From a virus, in IMG/VR virus record IMGVR_UViG_3300021168_000016, positions 61,422 through 125,421 of that record: DNA of 64,000 bases. One strand, 5' to 3'. A model generated the notes under the pieces. It had not been told where the DNA came from. It saw only the letters and a list, made by a program, of their open reading frames with translations, and did not search any database. A program made the translations under genes and the position numbers. Of the stretch, positions 1-10,395 are shown in pieces; within the stretch, counting starts at the first letter, position 1; every line of letters begins with the position of its first letter.

Positions 1-1686
1 GCCGAAGCTCACGCGATTTATTAATCAGCGACATAGAGTAGACAAACGTGACAGTTGTCTACTCTTTGATGTTGATATAAATCAATCAGATAGGAGATGT
101 TATGCGTCAGATTGGATCTGATCTTCGTGAAGTATATGGTTCGCACTATCGTCCCGAGCTAGTTGGTCAGCTTGGATCGGTTGTTAATGTTCAAACCCTT
201 AGGGTAGCAATGGGTCTACCGGCAGGCAAACTGCCAGTCGGCGCTGTTGATGCTCAGCTGATAGGTGATACCTATGTGGGTATTTCCAGCAGAGCAGTCG
301 CGGAATTGATGGCACCTAACTCACACAGGCCACATAGAATGTTTGCCCGTTGTAATCACTGTGGCCGTTGGATACCTGTCGGACGCTTTGGACAGCATCT
401 CGGCTTATACCGAATTGGTGGAAGAACTGCTGATGGCAAGCCACGATATGGCAAGCCATGTAAGGAGCGTGTATCATGACATCAGGACGCAGATTTTTCT
501 GGTCACCTAAAACCTCAATAGAACACATCAAACAGACAATAGGTGGCTCCACAATCAGCCATGAAGAGATGGAAAAGCTGAAGCAAGAACAGAAGACTGA
601 CATCGAGAAAGGAGCGGCTGAGGCTAGCCGCCAGCATCTCCGACTAATCGGGCTATTCCAGGAGATTGGAATGCATCCGACAGGTATTCACATCGGCATT
701 GAAAAAGGAGGAACACTCCTTTCGGATGATGGAGAGGAGCTTTGGAATGGAGCTATCTCCGCAGAATCATTCGAAGATACCATGATTGACTATCTCGAAT
801 CCATGCCTGAATCAATAGATCAGACCATCGAGTATGTCAGGCAGAAGTTGCAAGAGAAAAGAGACAAGGTAGCAGGTTGGAACAAGAAGGCACGCGCCGC
901 TGTTGATACAGCAACTTGTCCTGATTGCGGACACAAACTGCATACAGGAGTCTCTTGTCTGGAATCTGATTGCTGTGGGTGCGGAGAGTGATATCAACTC
1001 CGCTTTCACTCCTGTTTGTATGTCTAGTTGCTTCAACGATCCGAGCATTCTGTGAGGGTGCTGTGAAAGGAGTATACAAGCTCGTGCTATTGTTGGTATT
1101 TGTGAAATGTTTGATTATGTTAGCGGCACTAACGTCTGGGCAGTAGAAGTGAGGTCTGGCCATGCATGTTACACAAAGCGTTGACCGTGCTCCAATCACC
1201 AACATCACAATCAATTGCGATTGTGATGATTTACGTATGGAGACATTTTCTCTCTACGTGGAGATGTTGAATATATATGATGTTTGCGCCGCTGCTATTC
1301 CTGAATGGAGAAGGAGTCAACGCAGACATCAAAATCCAAATCCTAACTGGAAGAACTAAAACATCTGCGACATAGATCAGCCAGTCTGATATAGGCTGGC
1401 TGATGTTTGTTTCATGTGTTAAATCCAATAGAGGAGTTGTAAATGACAACGACAGAACAACCTGACCAAAAATTCAGCTCAGCCGATGAAATAGCAAAGA
1501 CGCTATTACAGAAGCATCCCAACTGGAACGCCAGCCAAAATGAACTAAAGAACACAATCCTGGCAAGTCCGAAAGACTCCGGCACCGACGAAGCTCCAGT
1601 CTATGACGTCCAAAAGACGATGAAGAACATGGAGAAAATGAGCGAGCGCTGGGAGAAAGCTGCTTAATACTGTTGTCGATCGATGA

Positions 1687-1722
1687 CAAAAGGCTGATGC
1701 AGAATATAGCATCAGCCTTTTG
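1687..1722. terminator. Hairpin/intrinsic terminator
   Basis: CAAAAGGCTGATGC / GCATCAGCCTTTTG 14-bp perfect inverted repeat with 8-nt loop, after ORF 1443-1667. Confidence 0.7.
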
Positions 1723-3349
1723 ATGTGGATCGTCAATCAAGGGAGACTACAAAATGCTTGGAGATTTGACTAGGCTGACAGATACACAACTGCTTGAATT
1801 CTTCATGTTGATCTTAAGCAAACCAGACAAAGAAATCTCACCATTCGATCACAGTGAAATGACTCAAATCAATGATGAATTCCTTAGACGGGGATTTGTT
1901 AGGGAAGCATACGCTGATTTACTGGCCAGTAAGGAGAAATAAGATGGACGAATGGTATTGCATGAATTGTGGGAAGCAACTAGTAAAAGTAAAGCTGGAT
2001 GAAGGTGATTTTCCTTGCTGCCTGGATTGTGCAATTAAGTATACAATTCATGGGACGGGAGTAGGCGATTCACTGTTCGTCGTAGGGGCTGACTCCCTTA
2101 AGATTACATTCTAAGGTTGCCCTATAGAAGCAGTGATAACCCCAGCCATTCGTAGCGATCTTGGTCGCAACCTAGATAAGAAAGGAGGATAGCCAATGCG
2201 GGAAAAGATGGTCATAGAAATTACTCCTGATCGCATAGAAAAGATGAAAAAGGTAGCAGTAGCCGTAGTCGAACTTATAGGTGCAAGCGACCTCACAGTG
2301 ATAGAAAAGTATCTCTGTCTTAAGTATCTGTCTGAGACGTTCACTGACACATATAAGATAGAGGCTGAAGTCTTTGAAGTCTCTACTGCAACTGATAGCA
2401 AAACTGCGAATTGAGGGACAAATGAAAAAAGAAGACGAACAGTTGAATAAACTTCAAGCAGCGGGAAATGATGTCGTCTCCCTCCTTAATGAAAGGGGAT
2501 TAACCCCAATTGAAATGCTGCTAGTCATCACAGCGCTCTACACCTCCATGGCACAGGCTCTTGGAGTAGTAGATCCCGTTGGAATGCTAGCTTCAAAGAT
2601 GAAAGACAACAAAGGTAGGAATTAAGGACGAATGCAGTGATCCTGCAGACCTGATGGCCATGACGATGGCCATCTTGAAGTAAATAGTTAAAACGGCTTA
2701 GTTAAAACTAAGGGAAGGAACATATGCCACGCAAACGACGAGTAATCGTCACAATGAAACCCGACAGCATGTACTATGCTGTCTCAATCGAAGTAGAGGG
2801 AAAGTCGAAAGGGAGTTGGGAAGCAGTTAGGCCGGCAAAGTTGATCCACAAAAGGAGAATCGAGGCGAACCGATTAGGGTATATGATTGCAAGTATGCTA
2901 GTCTTGTCCGCCAAGGAGAAGTGAAGCTGTTATATTAAGAGCTCATTGGTATCTTACTGTATTGAAAGACAAGATTTGGGGTTGACAAGCAAATGAAAGG
3001 ATCTCAGAATGGAACTCTACAGATGCCTCGACTGTGATTTCGTTGGTAATCTTGAGAAAGGAGGATGCTCCAAATGCTGTAGTCAGGCGACAATTTCTGA
3101 GGAAATTGTCAGGATTCACGATATAGAGTATGAAGTAATCAACACAGAAAGAGAAAGAGAAGAGGAATGTGCCTCTGTTCTAGTTGCAACTCCGCTCCCT
3201 GTAGCTGTAAGAAAGAAGAGTCAGTTAACTCTTCTTTTGATCATGATTTCCTCCGCTACCAGAACAAAATTCTCTTCAATGTCATCCAAAGGGGTAAAAT
3301 CCAGGTAGAGAGTAGCCCCAAACCAAACCCTTCTAAGTAGATACTGAAC

Positions 3350-3384
3350 TCAGCCGTCATGTTTCAAGTAATTATGACGGCTGA
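3350..3384. terminator. Hairpin/intrinsic terminator
   Basis: TCAGCCGTCAT / ATGACGGCTGA inverted repeat followed by TTTG, intergenic. Confidence 0.6.
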
Positions 3385-4615
3385 TTTGTGTATCTAAGGG
3401 AGAAGAAATGAATAACGATAGAGTCGTTCATGCGTTTCAGATGGTTATGTCAGTCCCTTTAGCACCTGATGATAAAGAAGAATACTTGCAGATGAAGCAC
3501 ACGGTACTCAATTGTCTTGCGATAATCGCAGAAGCAGGAAAGTTAGAAGTGGAGCTCAATCAAGCACTTGAAAACATAACCGCAATAGTAAAGGGATCAG
3601 AATTCCGTAACTTTATAAATGAGTATCACAAAGCTGAGAAAGGAAAGAAGGACCATGCTAACTAGCCTATTGAAGGCAGATGAACATCAATACATGAAAG
3701 AAATGATTGAAGAAGCAGAATATCAAAACTTCTGCCGAGAGCATCCTCACCTAAAGAAATTCACAGAGACATTTCGACGGATGAAATATCTCAGCAGAAC
3801 ACAGATTAACCGAAAGGTCATATGCCCAATCTTGGGCCATGACATACAAAGATGTACATTCTTTGAGGAATCCAGAGGAGTAGAGGCTTTCTGGTGTAAC
3901 CGCTGTGACCATTCTGGTCATAACAGATTGTACTGAGGTATATACAGGTAAGCAGCTATGAAACACTATTATTGGATTCTGGATGAGAATGGAAATCCAC
4001 TAAAAGTAAACGATCCTCTTACCTGGGCCGCTTGGTATGAGACAGCGGAGCGGCATATCGGTAATGATTTCCTTCCTGGCGGCATTCAGATTTCAACTGT
4101 CTTTCTGGGACTGGACCATAGCTTTTCCTTCTTGGAAGAAAGTCCTCCGGTTCTATGGGAGACAATGATATTCGGAGGAGAAGAAGATGGCTACCAGGAA
4201 CGCTACTGTACCAAAGAGGAAGCACTTGAAGGGCACAAAATAGCAGTCATGTTAGCACAGATGAGCTTGTCCTCAAAGGAAGTAGGAGGTAGCAATGACA
4301 ACACGTGAGTTCCATTTTATGCTGATAGGATTCAACATCGCCATGTGGCTCTGCATAGCTATCTCTTGGGTAGCGAGGAGAAGATTGAATCACAGGAAAT
4401 GTGAGCATTGTAAGAGAAAGTTTTGGACGAGGGATTCAACCTGCAAGGATCATCCTAATCTGTTCTGTACCGATTATTGTGAAACAAGCTACGGGATAGA
4501 TTTCCTAATCTCTGAAGGCATTCCTCCAGAGGTAGCTATCAAGATAGTATGTGCTCAAGAATCAAAGTAGTATAACCCCCAACCTCCAACCAAATCTATA
4601 AAGAGGATATAGAAG

Positions 4616-6031
4616 ATGTCACAAGAGAGAGAATTATTGAACGAAGCCAGAGAACAAATTCAACGTCAACAAGAACAGCTGGAGGAACTGGCCAATCCTA
4701 GCGCTGTCAAACTGGGTACTGTGATGGCTGTCTATTCAGATTCCATCGTTGTTAGCTCGGGAGATGGTCTCTTCCAACTCATGAATCAACCGACAACTAA
4801 GCAATTCAAACCGGGAGATACCGTCTGCCTCCATCCAATGACCAGTAACCTGATAGGGAAGTCAGATTATGAAAGGTATGGGAAGACAGGAACAGTTCAG
4901 TCCATTGGGACTGACTTCATAGAAGTCATTATCGACGGTAGTTCAACCTTTGTCTCTCAGACCAGAGTGAAGGGACTGGAAACAGGTGATCGTGTACTTT
5001 GTGATGTCACCAACACTATCATCGTGAAGAAGCTCGAGAGTGAAGCTGAGAAGTACTTGTTCGCTGAACAAGTCAACCTCGACTGGAGTGAGATTGGTGG
5101 ATGTGATGAAGCAAAGAAAGAACTGAGAGGGACGATTGAGAAGCCAATGCAGCACAGCAAACTCTTTGCTGCTTTTAAGAAGAAGACACCAAAAGGCTTC
5201 TTACTTCACGGTCGTCCAGGCAATGGAAAGACTATGCTGGGAAAGGCAGTGGCAACAGCAATCGCTAAGGCTCAAGGGAAGCAAGCGGCACCTTCTGCTT
5301 TCTGCTATGTGAAGGGACCAGCAATATTAGACAAGTTCGTCGGTGAGACGGAAAAGATGATCCGAGCACTCTTTGAACAATGCCGGCAGCATAAGCAGAA
5401 ACATGGCTACCCTGCTGTCATGTTCGTCGATGAGGCTGATGCGATATTGGCTAATCGGACATCCAGTAAGCACATTGGACTTGGGATGACAGTTGTCCCC
5501 CAATTCCTATCAGAAATGGATGGACTTGTGGACAGTGCTGCCATTGTCATACTGGCTACAAACCGCCCAGATACATTGGATCCTGCCGTAATTCGTCCAG
5601 GGAGAGTAGATCACAAACTCTATATTGCTCCCCCATCCAAGGAGAATGCTACCGACCATATCGCTATCCATATGCGAGAGATTCCAACCAGTGAGGATGA
5701 TTTAGCTAGTCGGGTAACAGAAGAATTGTATACCGAAAGCTATCCTCTCTACAGGATGGTCGCTCATGGGCAGTGGGTCTTCTTTGGATTAAAAGACTTA
5801 ATCTCAGGAGCCATGCTAGCTTCCATCGTTGAACAAGCAACGTCCAATGCCATCGATAGGAACATAGAATCAAAGAGTTCTAAAATCAATGGCGTTAACT
5901 TCTGCGATTTCCAATCTGCCTTAAAGTCGATGCAGAAATCACAGTATGGTCTCAACCATGAACTGGAAGTTCAGGAGTTCGCGGAAGCTCGCGGCTTCAA
6001 ACCATCCACAATCCAGTGGGTAGGAGTCTAA
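4616..6031 (+). CDS. arc: ARC/Mpa-like proteasome-associated AAA ATPase
   Basis: N-terminal coiled coil, two OB-like interdomains, Walker A GRPGNGKT, KGPAILDKFVGETE pore loop, Walker B FVDE, ATNRPDTLDPAVIRPGR arginine-finger region, ISGAMLASIVEQA (Mpa has SGAMIQNVVDRA). Confidence 0.85.
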   Translation: MSQERELLNEAREQIQRQQEQLEELANPSAVKLGTVMAVYSDSIVVSSGDGLFQLMNQPTTKQFKPGDTVCLHPMTSNLIGKSDYERYGKTGTVQSIGTDFIEVIIDGSSTFVSQTRVKGLETGDRVLCDVTNTIIVKKLESEAEKYLFAEQVNLDWSEIGGCDEAKKELRGTIEKPMQHSKLFAAFKKKTPKGFLLHGRPGNGKTMLGKAVATAIAKAQGKQAAPSAFCYVKGPAILDKFVGETEKMIRALFEQCRQHKQKHGYPAVMFVDEADAILANRTSSKHIGLGMTVVPQFLSEMDGLVDSAAIVILATNRPDTLDPAVIRPGRVDHKLYIAPPSKENATDHIAIHMREIPTSEDDLASRVTEELYTESYPLYRMVAHGQWVFFGLKDLISGAMLASIVEQATSNAIDRNIESKSSKINGVNFCDFQSALKSMQKSQYGLNHELEVQEFAEARGFKPSTIQWVGV

Positions 6032-6032
6032 G

Positions 6033-6233
6033 ATGCAGATACAAAGGCAGCGACAGAAGGAAGGAACTGAGAACAGGAACAAGCAGATCCCATCGGGAGT
6101 TCCTGTCATTGACAACTCCGATCTCCTGGATAAGCTTCAGGAAGCGGGCAAGGAGGATGAAGGAACAGACTTTGACTCCATGGATGATGGTTCGCCATTG
6201 GATGATGGAGAAGGAGGCTGCACATGCTGGTAA
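6033..6233 (+). CDS. Small acidic disordered Pup/UBact-like peptide ending CTCW
   Basis: Starts 1 nt after the ATPase stop; VPVIDNSDLLDKL helix resembles the Pup/UBact DDLLDEI-type segment; C-terminal CxC. Confidence 0.5.
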   Translation: MQIQRQRQKEGTENRNKQIPSGVPVIDNSDLLDKLQEAGKEDEGTDFDSMDDGSPLDDGEGGCTCW

Positions 6234-6439
6234 AGAAACAGAAGAAAGAAGAAGTTAAGGAAAGCATCCATGACCAAAAGATTCCTCAAGCAGTGCCAGT
6301 CGTAGATTCCTCAGAACTGGTGAAGAAACTACAATTGGCTGAGGAAAAGAAGAAACGGGAAGAATCCCAAATCGAGAAATTGGAAAGAGAAGTAAGGCAA
6401 TTAATGAGGGAAGCAGAAAGGAAATGCGGATGCTTCTAA
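6224..6439 (+). CDS. Paralogous Pup/UBact-like peptide ending CGCF
   Basis: IPQAVPVVDSSELVKKLQ aligns with IPSGVPVIDNSDLLDKLQ of the preceding ORF; C-terminal CxC plus aromatic residue. Confidence 0.5.
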   Translation: MLVKKQKKEEVKESIHDQKIPQAVPVVDSSELVKKLQLAEEKKKREESQIEKLEREVRQLMREAERKCGCF

Positions 6440-6557
6440 TAAACTACTGGAAGACAACATATTGGAAGCATGTTTTGTTAGCAAAACCGATAATATGGGG
6501 AGTCGACTCCAACTTCAATCCGCCAAAGAAGTACATTAGAGTATTGGGGATTGCCAT

Positions 6558-6884
6558 ATGCTGGTAGAATGGTTAGAGATAGGATACCTCTCGCTAGGCA
6601 CATCAACCATCACCCTAACAATAACCCGAGCAAAGGTATCTAAGCCCCTGCGGGCTTGGATATCTTCTCATAGTAGTTACCTAGGCGAAATGATTAACTG
6701 CCCGTACTGCACCAGTCATTGGGTAGCATTTCTGCTATGTGGAATCTATCATCCACGACCCTTCCCACTGAACTGGTTAACTGACTGGTTTGTCAGTTCG
6801 ATGGCAGTCGTTGCGATTTCCTCAGTTCTAAGTCGGTTCGTGTTTTCAGCTATAACCAAAATCTATCCGCCAAAAGAGGATTAG
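6558..6884 (+). CDS. DUF1360-like membrane protein
   Basis: Hydrophobic helices with GEMINCPYCTSHW motif, typical of the L..CP.C.S.W family signature. Confidence 0.6.
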   Translation: MLVEWLEIGYLSLGTSTITLTITRAKVSKPLRAWISSHSSYLGEMINCPYCTSHWVAFLLCGIYHPRPFPLNWLTDWFVSSMAVVAISSVLSRFVFSAITKIYPPKED

Positions 6885-8032
6885 CATGCAGATAAAACAG
6901 ACTGTAAAAAGAGCTGAAGAGTCGATAGAGAGATTCAGGCAAAGAGTAGGCGGAGATATCTACTTATTCCTTTGTAGTATGATCCTATTACTCAACGGCC
7001 TGATCCTGGCTGCCGCAGGGATCTACATGATCTTTACGCGAGACTGGAAACACGGATTTGCTGTACTCCTAGTAGGAGCTGGTGCTACTATTCTCGCTCG
7101 TGTTTTCTTCTTGCTATCTCACTGGTTCAAGAGGCTAATAGACAGATTGTTTGAGAAACTTTGGGGAAAGTAGATGACAAAAGCAGAGATTAAGCAATGG
7201 TGTACCGATAACCTCTTTGGGCAGCGAAAGATATATGGAGTTGAGATACCGCTGACTCGAGCACAAAGAGCTATACTCCAGCTGGCCGTAGCTGTCATCC
7301 TTAAATGGGAGGCGAGAGATGAAGCAACAAAGGAAGTATCCAGCAAAGTTACTCCGTCGGCTAAGAAGAGAGTTGATCTTTTGGCAGACAGAGTACCTTC
7401 TGCTGGTAAAGAAGAATTACCCAATTTCGTACAGGGACCAGATATTCAAGACAAGTCTTCGCGCTAAGCAAGTCCTCAAGAATTAGGGGGTAAGGTGGAA
7501 AACAATGACAGCTTTCAAAAGCCGCCAATCAAGCCACCAACTAAGCCGCCATTCGTCGGGGATACCAATTATGTAAGATTGGATAACCGAACAAAAGTCA
7601 GCCTGATGGCAGCTATCATGTTTGCACTCGACGGCTCGATCACAGAAGATCAAGCAGTAGAATATGCAATCTCGTTGGACAATAAGGTGGCAGAGAGACT
7701 TCGACAAATTAAACACGAAAGAAGGATGAAAGGATTTCAATAAAGCACCATACTGGTTGCTGCGGTTACTTTCTACTATTTGCCTGTAGAGATAATCCGG
7801 AGAACACTCCGCAACTAATCAACCAACGGCAACTAGGAGAAGGTAATGAGAAAGGAATACGTTGGTAAGGTCAAAGAGTACAGTACAGATTCAAGGCGGA
7901 ATCCATACACGGTAATACTTGTGGAGATGCCTTCACATCTAGACTATAGGATCTTTGTTCCTGGACAGGAGTTTCTGTTCGGTGACAAGATAAGAGTAAT
8001 CCTTGAACAAACCCAAAAAGAAAAGAAAGGAA

Positions 8033-9562
8033 ATGAGCCTGATGGCAACAAAGGATGAAATTCGAGCAGAAATATTGGATCTTCTCGAAGGTGGTGATAA
8101 AAAGAAGGTTCACATCGCAGAGGTAGTACGAACTGGAGAAAAGATCATCATTCCGAAAGGGATGAAAACCAAAACAGCCATTGAAACACTGCAGAAACAA
8201 ATGCAGTATGACAACGAAACAGTCAGGATGACTTTCGACTTCAACTACTTCTACTGGGATGGAGCTTATGCTCTATCACAGGCAATGGAAAAGAGGTATG
8301 GATTTGTCTTCGGAAAGACAGAAAAGACCTTCTTCGGAGATTTTCCGCCTCAACTCGTTGGCGTCGAAGTTGAACAAGGGAAGTCTATCCTTATTCCCTA
8401 TGGAAAGTTCACGGCTCCTTCAGTAGCGGATTCAGTCTTTGAAACTGGATTCCAGATAAAAGACGGAAGGATGAACTTTCAGTACAGTGTGACCTGCAAG
8501 CACATGTACGAAGAAGAAATGAAGAAGCTTCGAGATGAAGTAGAGAAGTATCTCGAAGAACATTCAATCTACAAAGGGAAAGCAATTTCAATTCGGTTCA
8601 AGAACGATAAGGGGGAGAATCTTATAGATCTCAAACAAGTCCCAACCCCAAAGTTCTTGGATCTTTCAAAGCTTGTCGAAGATGATCTGGTCTTCAGCAA
8701 GAAGGTCGGGGATGCAATCGACACGAACCTGTTCACAATCCTTGAGAAGCCTGAACTCGCAAGGAAGGCCGGTATCCCAATCAAGAGGGGTATCCTGCTT
8801 GCCGGTGATTATGGGACAGGAAAAACACTCACAGCTTATGTAGCCGCGCAGAAGGCTGTGAAGCACAGCTTCTTCACATATATCTACTGTGAACAACCTC
8901 AGGAATTCACGCAGATTATGCGATTCGCTGCCCAGTATGCTCCTGCCCTTGTCTTCTGTGAAGATGTCGAGAAGATCGCGGGACTTGACAAGGACAAAGG
9001 TGTTGATGAACTCGTCAACATCATTGATGGCGTGGAGACGAAGAATGTGGAGATTATCGTGGTCTTCACGACCAATGTCATCAAGAATGTGCATCCTTCT
9101 TTACTGCGTCCTGGTAGGATGGATGCAGTTATCCCAATCTATAAACCAGATGCAGAGGCTGTTCAGCGTCTCGTCTGGAACTATTGTGGTCAGTTCCTGG
9201 AGATGAACGCAGATCTTTCACAGGTCGGCGAATTGCTAAAGGACAACATTCCCTCTGTAATTCGAGAAGTCTGCGAAAGGTCAAAGCTTTCTGCTCTACG
9301 CTTTGTTAATAAAGGTGAAGAGTTGAAAACAATCCCGGTAGAAGCCTTAACCGAGGCTGCTACGACAATGACAATGCAGTTAGAGCTTCTGAGTAACCGC
9401 TCAGTAACTCCTCTAAAGCCTGAAGTACAGGCCCAAGCTGATATTGCTAAGGGTCTTCTTAGGATAGCGGAAGCAATTGCTCTTTCTGCAGGGAAGAGTT
9501 TACCCGAACCAACGCCTGTAAAGATCAACAAGGAAGTCGAAGAGGTCACAGCGGCGCGCTAG
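8033..9562 (+). CDS. AAA+ ATPase (classical clade, no protease domain)
   Basis: GILLAGDYGTGKT Walker A, FCEDVE Walker B, TTN...LLRPGRMD; start placed at ATG 8033 after AAGG RBS. Confidence 0.85.
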   Translation: MSLMATKDEIRAEILDLLEGGDKKKVHIAEVVRTGEKIIIPKGMKTKTAIETLQKQMQYDNETVRMTFDFNYFYWDGAYALSQAMEKRYGFVFGKTEKTFFGDFPPQLVGVEVEQGKSILIPYGKFTAPSVADSVFETGFQIKDGRMNFQYSVTCKHMYEEEMKKLRDEVEKYLEEHSIYKGKAISIRFKNDKGENLIDLKQVPTPKFLDLSKLVEDDLVFSKKVGDAIDTNLFTILEKPELARKAGIPIKRGILLAGDYGTGKTLTAYVAAQKAVKHSFFTYIYCEQPQEFTQIMRFAAQYAPALVFCEDVEKIAGLDKDKGVDELVNIIDGVETKNVEIIVVFTTNVIKNVHPSLLRPGRMDAVIPIYKPDAEAVQRLVWNYCGQFLEMNADLSQVGELLKDNIPSVIREVCERSKLSALRFVNKGEELKTIPVEALTEAATTMTMQLELLSNRSVTPLKPEVQAQADIAKGLLRIAEAIALSAGKSLPEPTPVKINKEVEEVTAAR

Positions 9563-9578
9563 AGCATTAGTCTCGCTC

Positions 9579-9608
9579 AAGAGCATATCAGGATATCGAT
9601 ATGCTCTT
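9579..9608. terminator. Hairpin after ATPase
   Basis: AAGAGCATATC / GATATGCTCTT inverted repeat. Confidence 0.55.
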
Positions 9609-9963
9609 TATGAGGGACTATCTATGCAAGGACCAGGAAAGTATGATGCAGAGTGCAAAGCGGTTGTCAACCAGACAGAGGCAGATGGAGCTATCTTGAT
9701 TATCTTTGGTGGTAAGCGAGGTTCGGGAATGGCAACGATAGCTAACGCTGAAGCCCTCACTAGTATACCGGGAGTACTTCGATACGTTGCAGATATGATA
9801 GAAAAGGATATGATAGAAATGGGAGGAAAAGCATGAAAAAGAAGTGTTGGTGCTGTAAAACTCCTAAAGCGATTCATTTCTACTCAAAGGCAGAATGGAC
9901 AAAGAACATTCCAATGTGTACCTCATGCAGAAGTAAAGAAAACAAAGGAAGGCCTAAACGAAG

Positions 9964-10395
9964 ATGAGAGAACTTCGACTGATCATTTGTGGAGACAGGT
10001 TCTGGCAGAATAGAGATATTATCTATTTCACAATGAGAACTCTCAAGGATAATCTCGGAAACTACACAGTTATTGAAGGAGAGGCTCCTGGAGCTGATTC
10101 AATGGCTAGGGCGGTAGCCAAGATAAACCTTAATCTTCCTTACGCTCCTTATCCAGCTAAATGGGAGACTTACGGAAAGGCTGCTAGCCCTATGAGGAAC
10201 ACACAGATGAGAATCGATGGGAGAGCTGATGCTGTAGTTGCCTTCCATTACGATCTAAAGCGCAGTAGAGGCACTAAGAACATGGTAGAACAGGCGATGA
10301 GAGCAGGACTGCCTGTATGGATAGTAAGTGAAGGTCCTGCCAAGCTAGCTGAATTCATCATACGGCTAAAGGAAATCCAAAGGGAGGAAGAATGA
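9964..10395 (+). CDS. SLOG/YspA-like (DUF2493) nucleotide-binding protein
   Basis: LIICGDRFW, VIEGEAPGADSMA, YGKAASPMRNTQM, SRGTKNMV motifs. Confidence 0.8.
   Translation: MRELRLIICGDRFWQNRDIIYFTMRTLKDNLGNYTVIEGEAPGADSMARAVAKINLNLPYAPYPAKWETYGKAASPMRNTQMRIDGRADAVVAFHYDLKRSRGTKNMVEQAMRAGLPVWIVSEGPAKLAEFIIRLKEIQREEE

Larger units (their letters stand above)
102..4570 (+). other. Cluster of about 15 short phage early-type hypothetical ORFs
   Basis: Closely packed + strand ORFs of 60-170 aa (e.g. 102-479, 476-991, 1443-1667, 2196-2414, 3408-3665, 3958-4308, 4295-4570), most with GGAG/AGGA RBS; several CxxC zinc-ribbon motifs; no recognisable family. Confidence 0.7.

Noticed and set aside
6426-6525. 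tRNA-like element (GCGGAT...GGAGTCGACTCC...ATCCGCCA)
   Set aside because: No D arm or anticodon arm; spacing wrong; 5' part lies in a coding sequence
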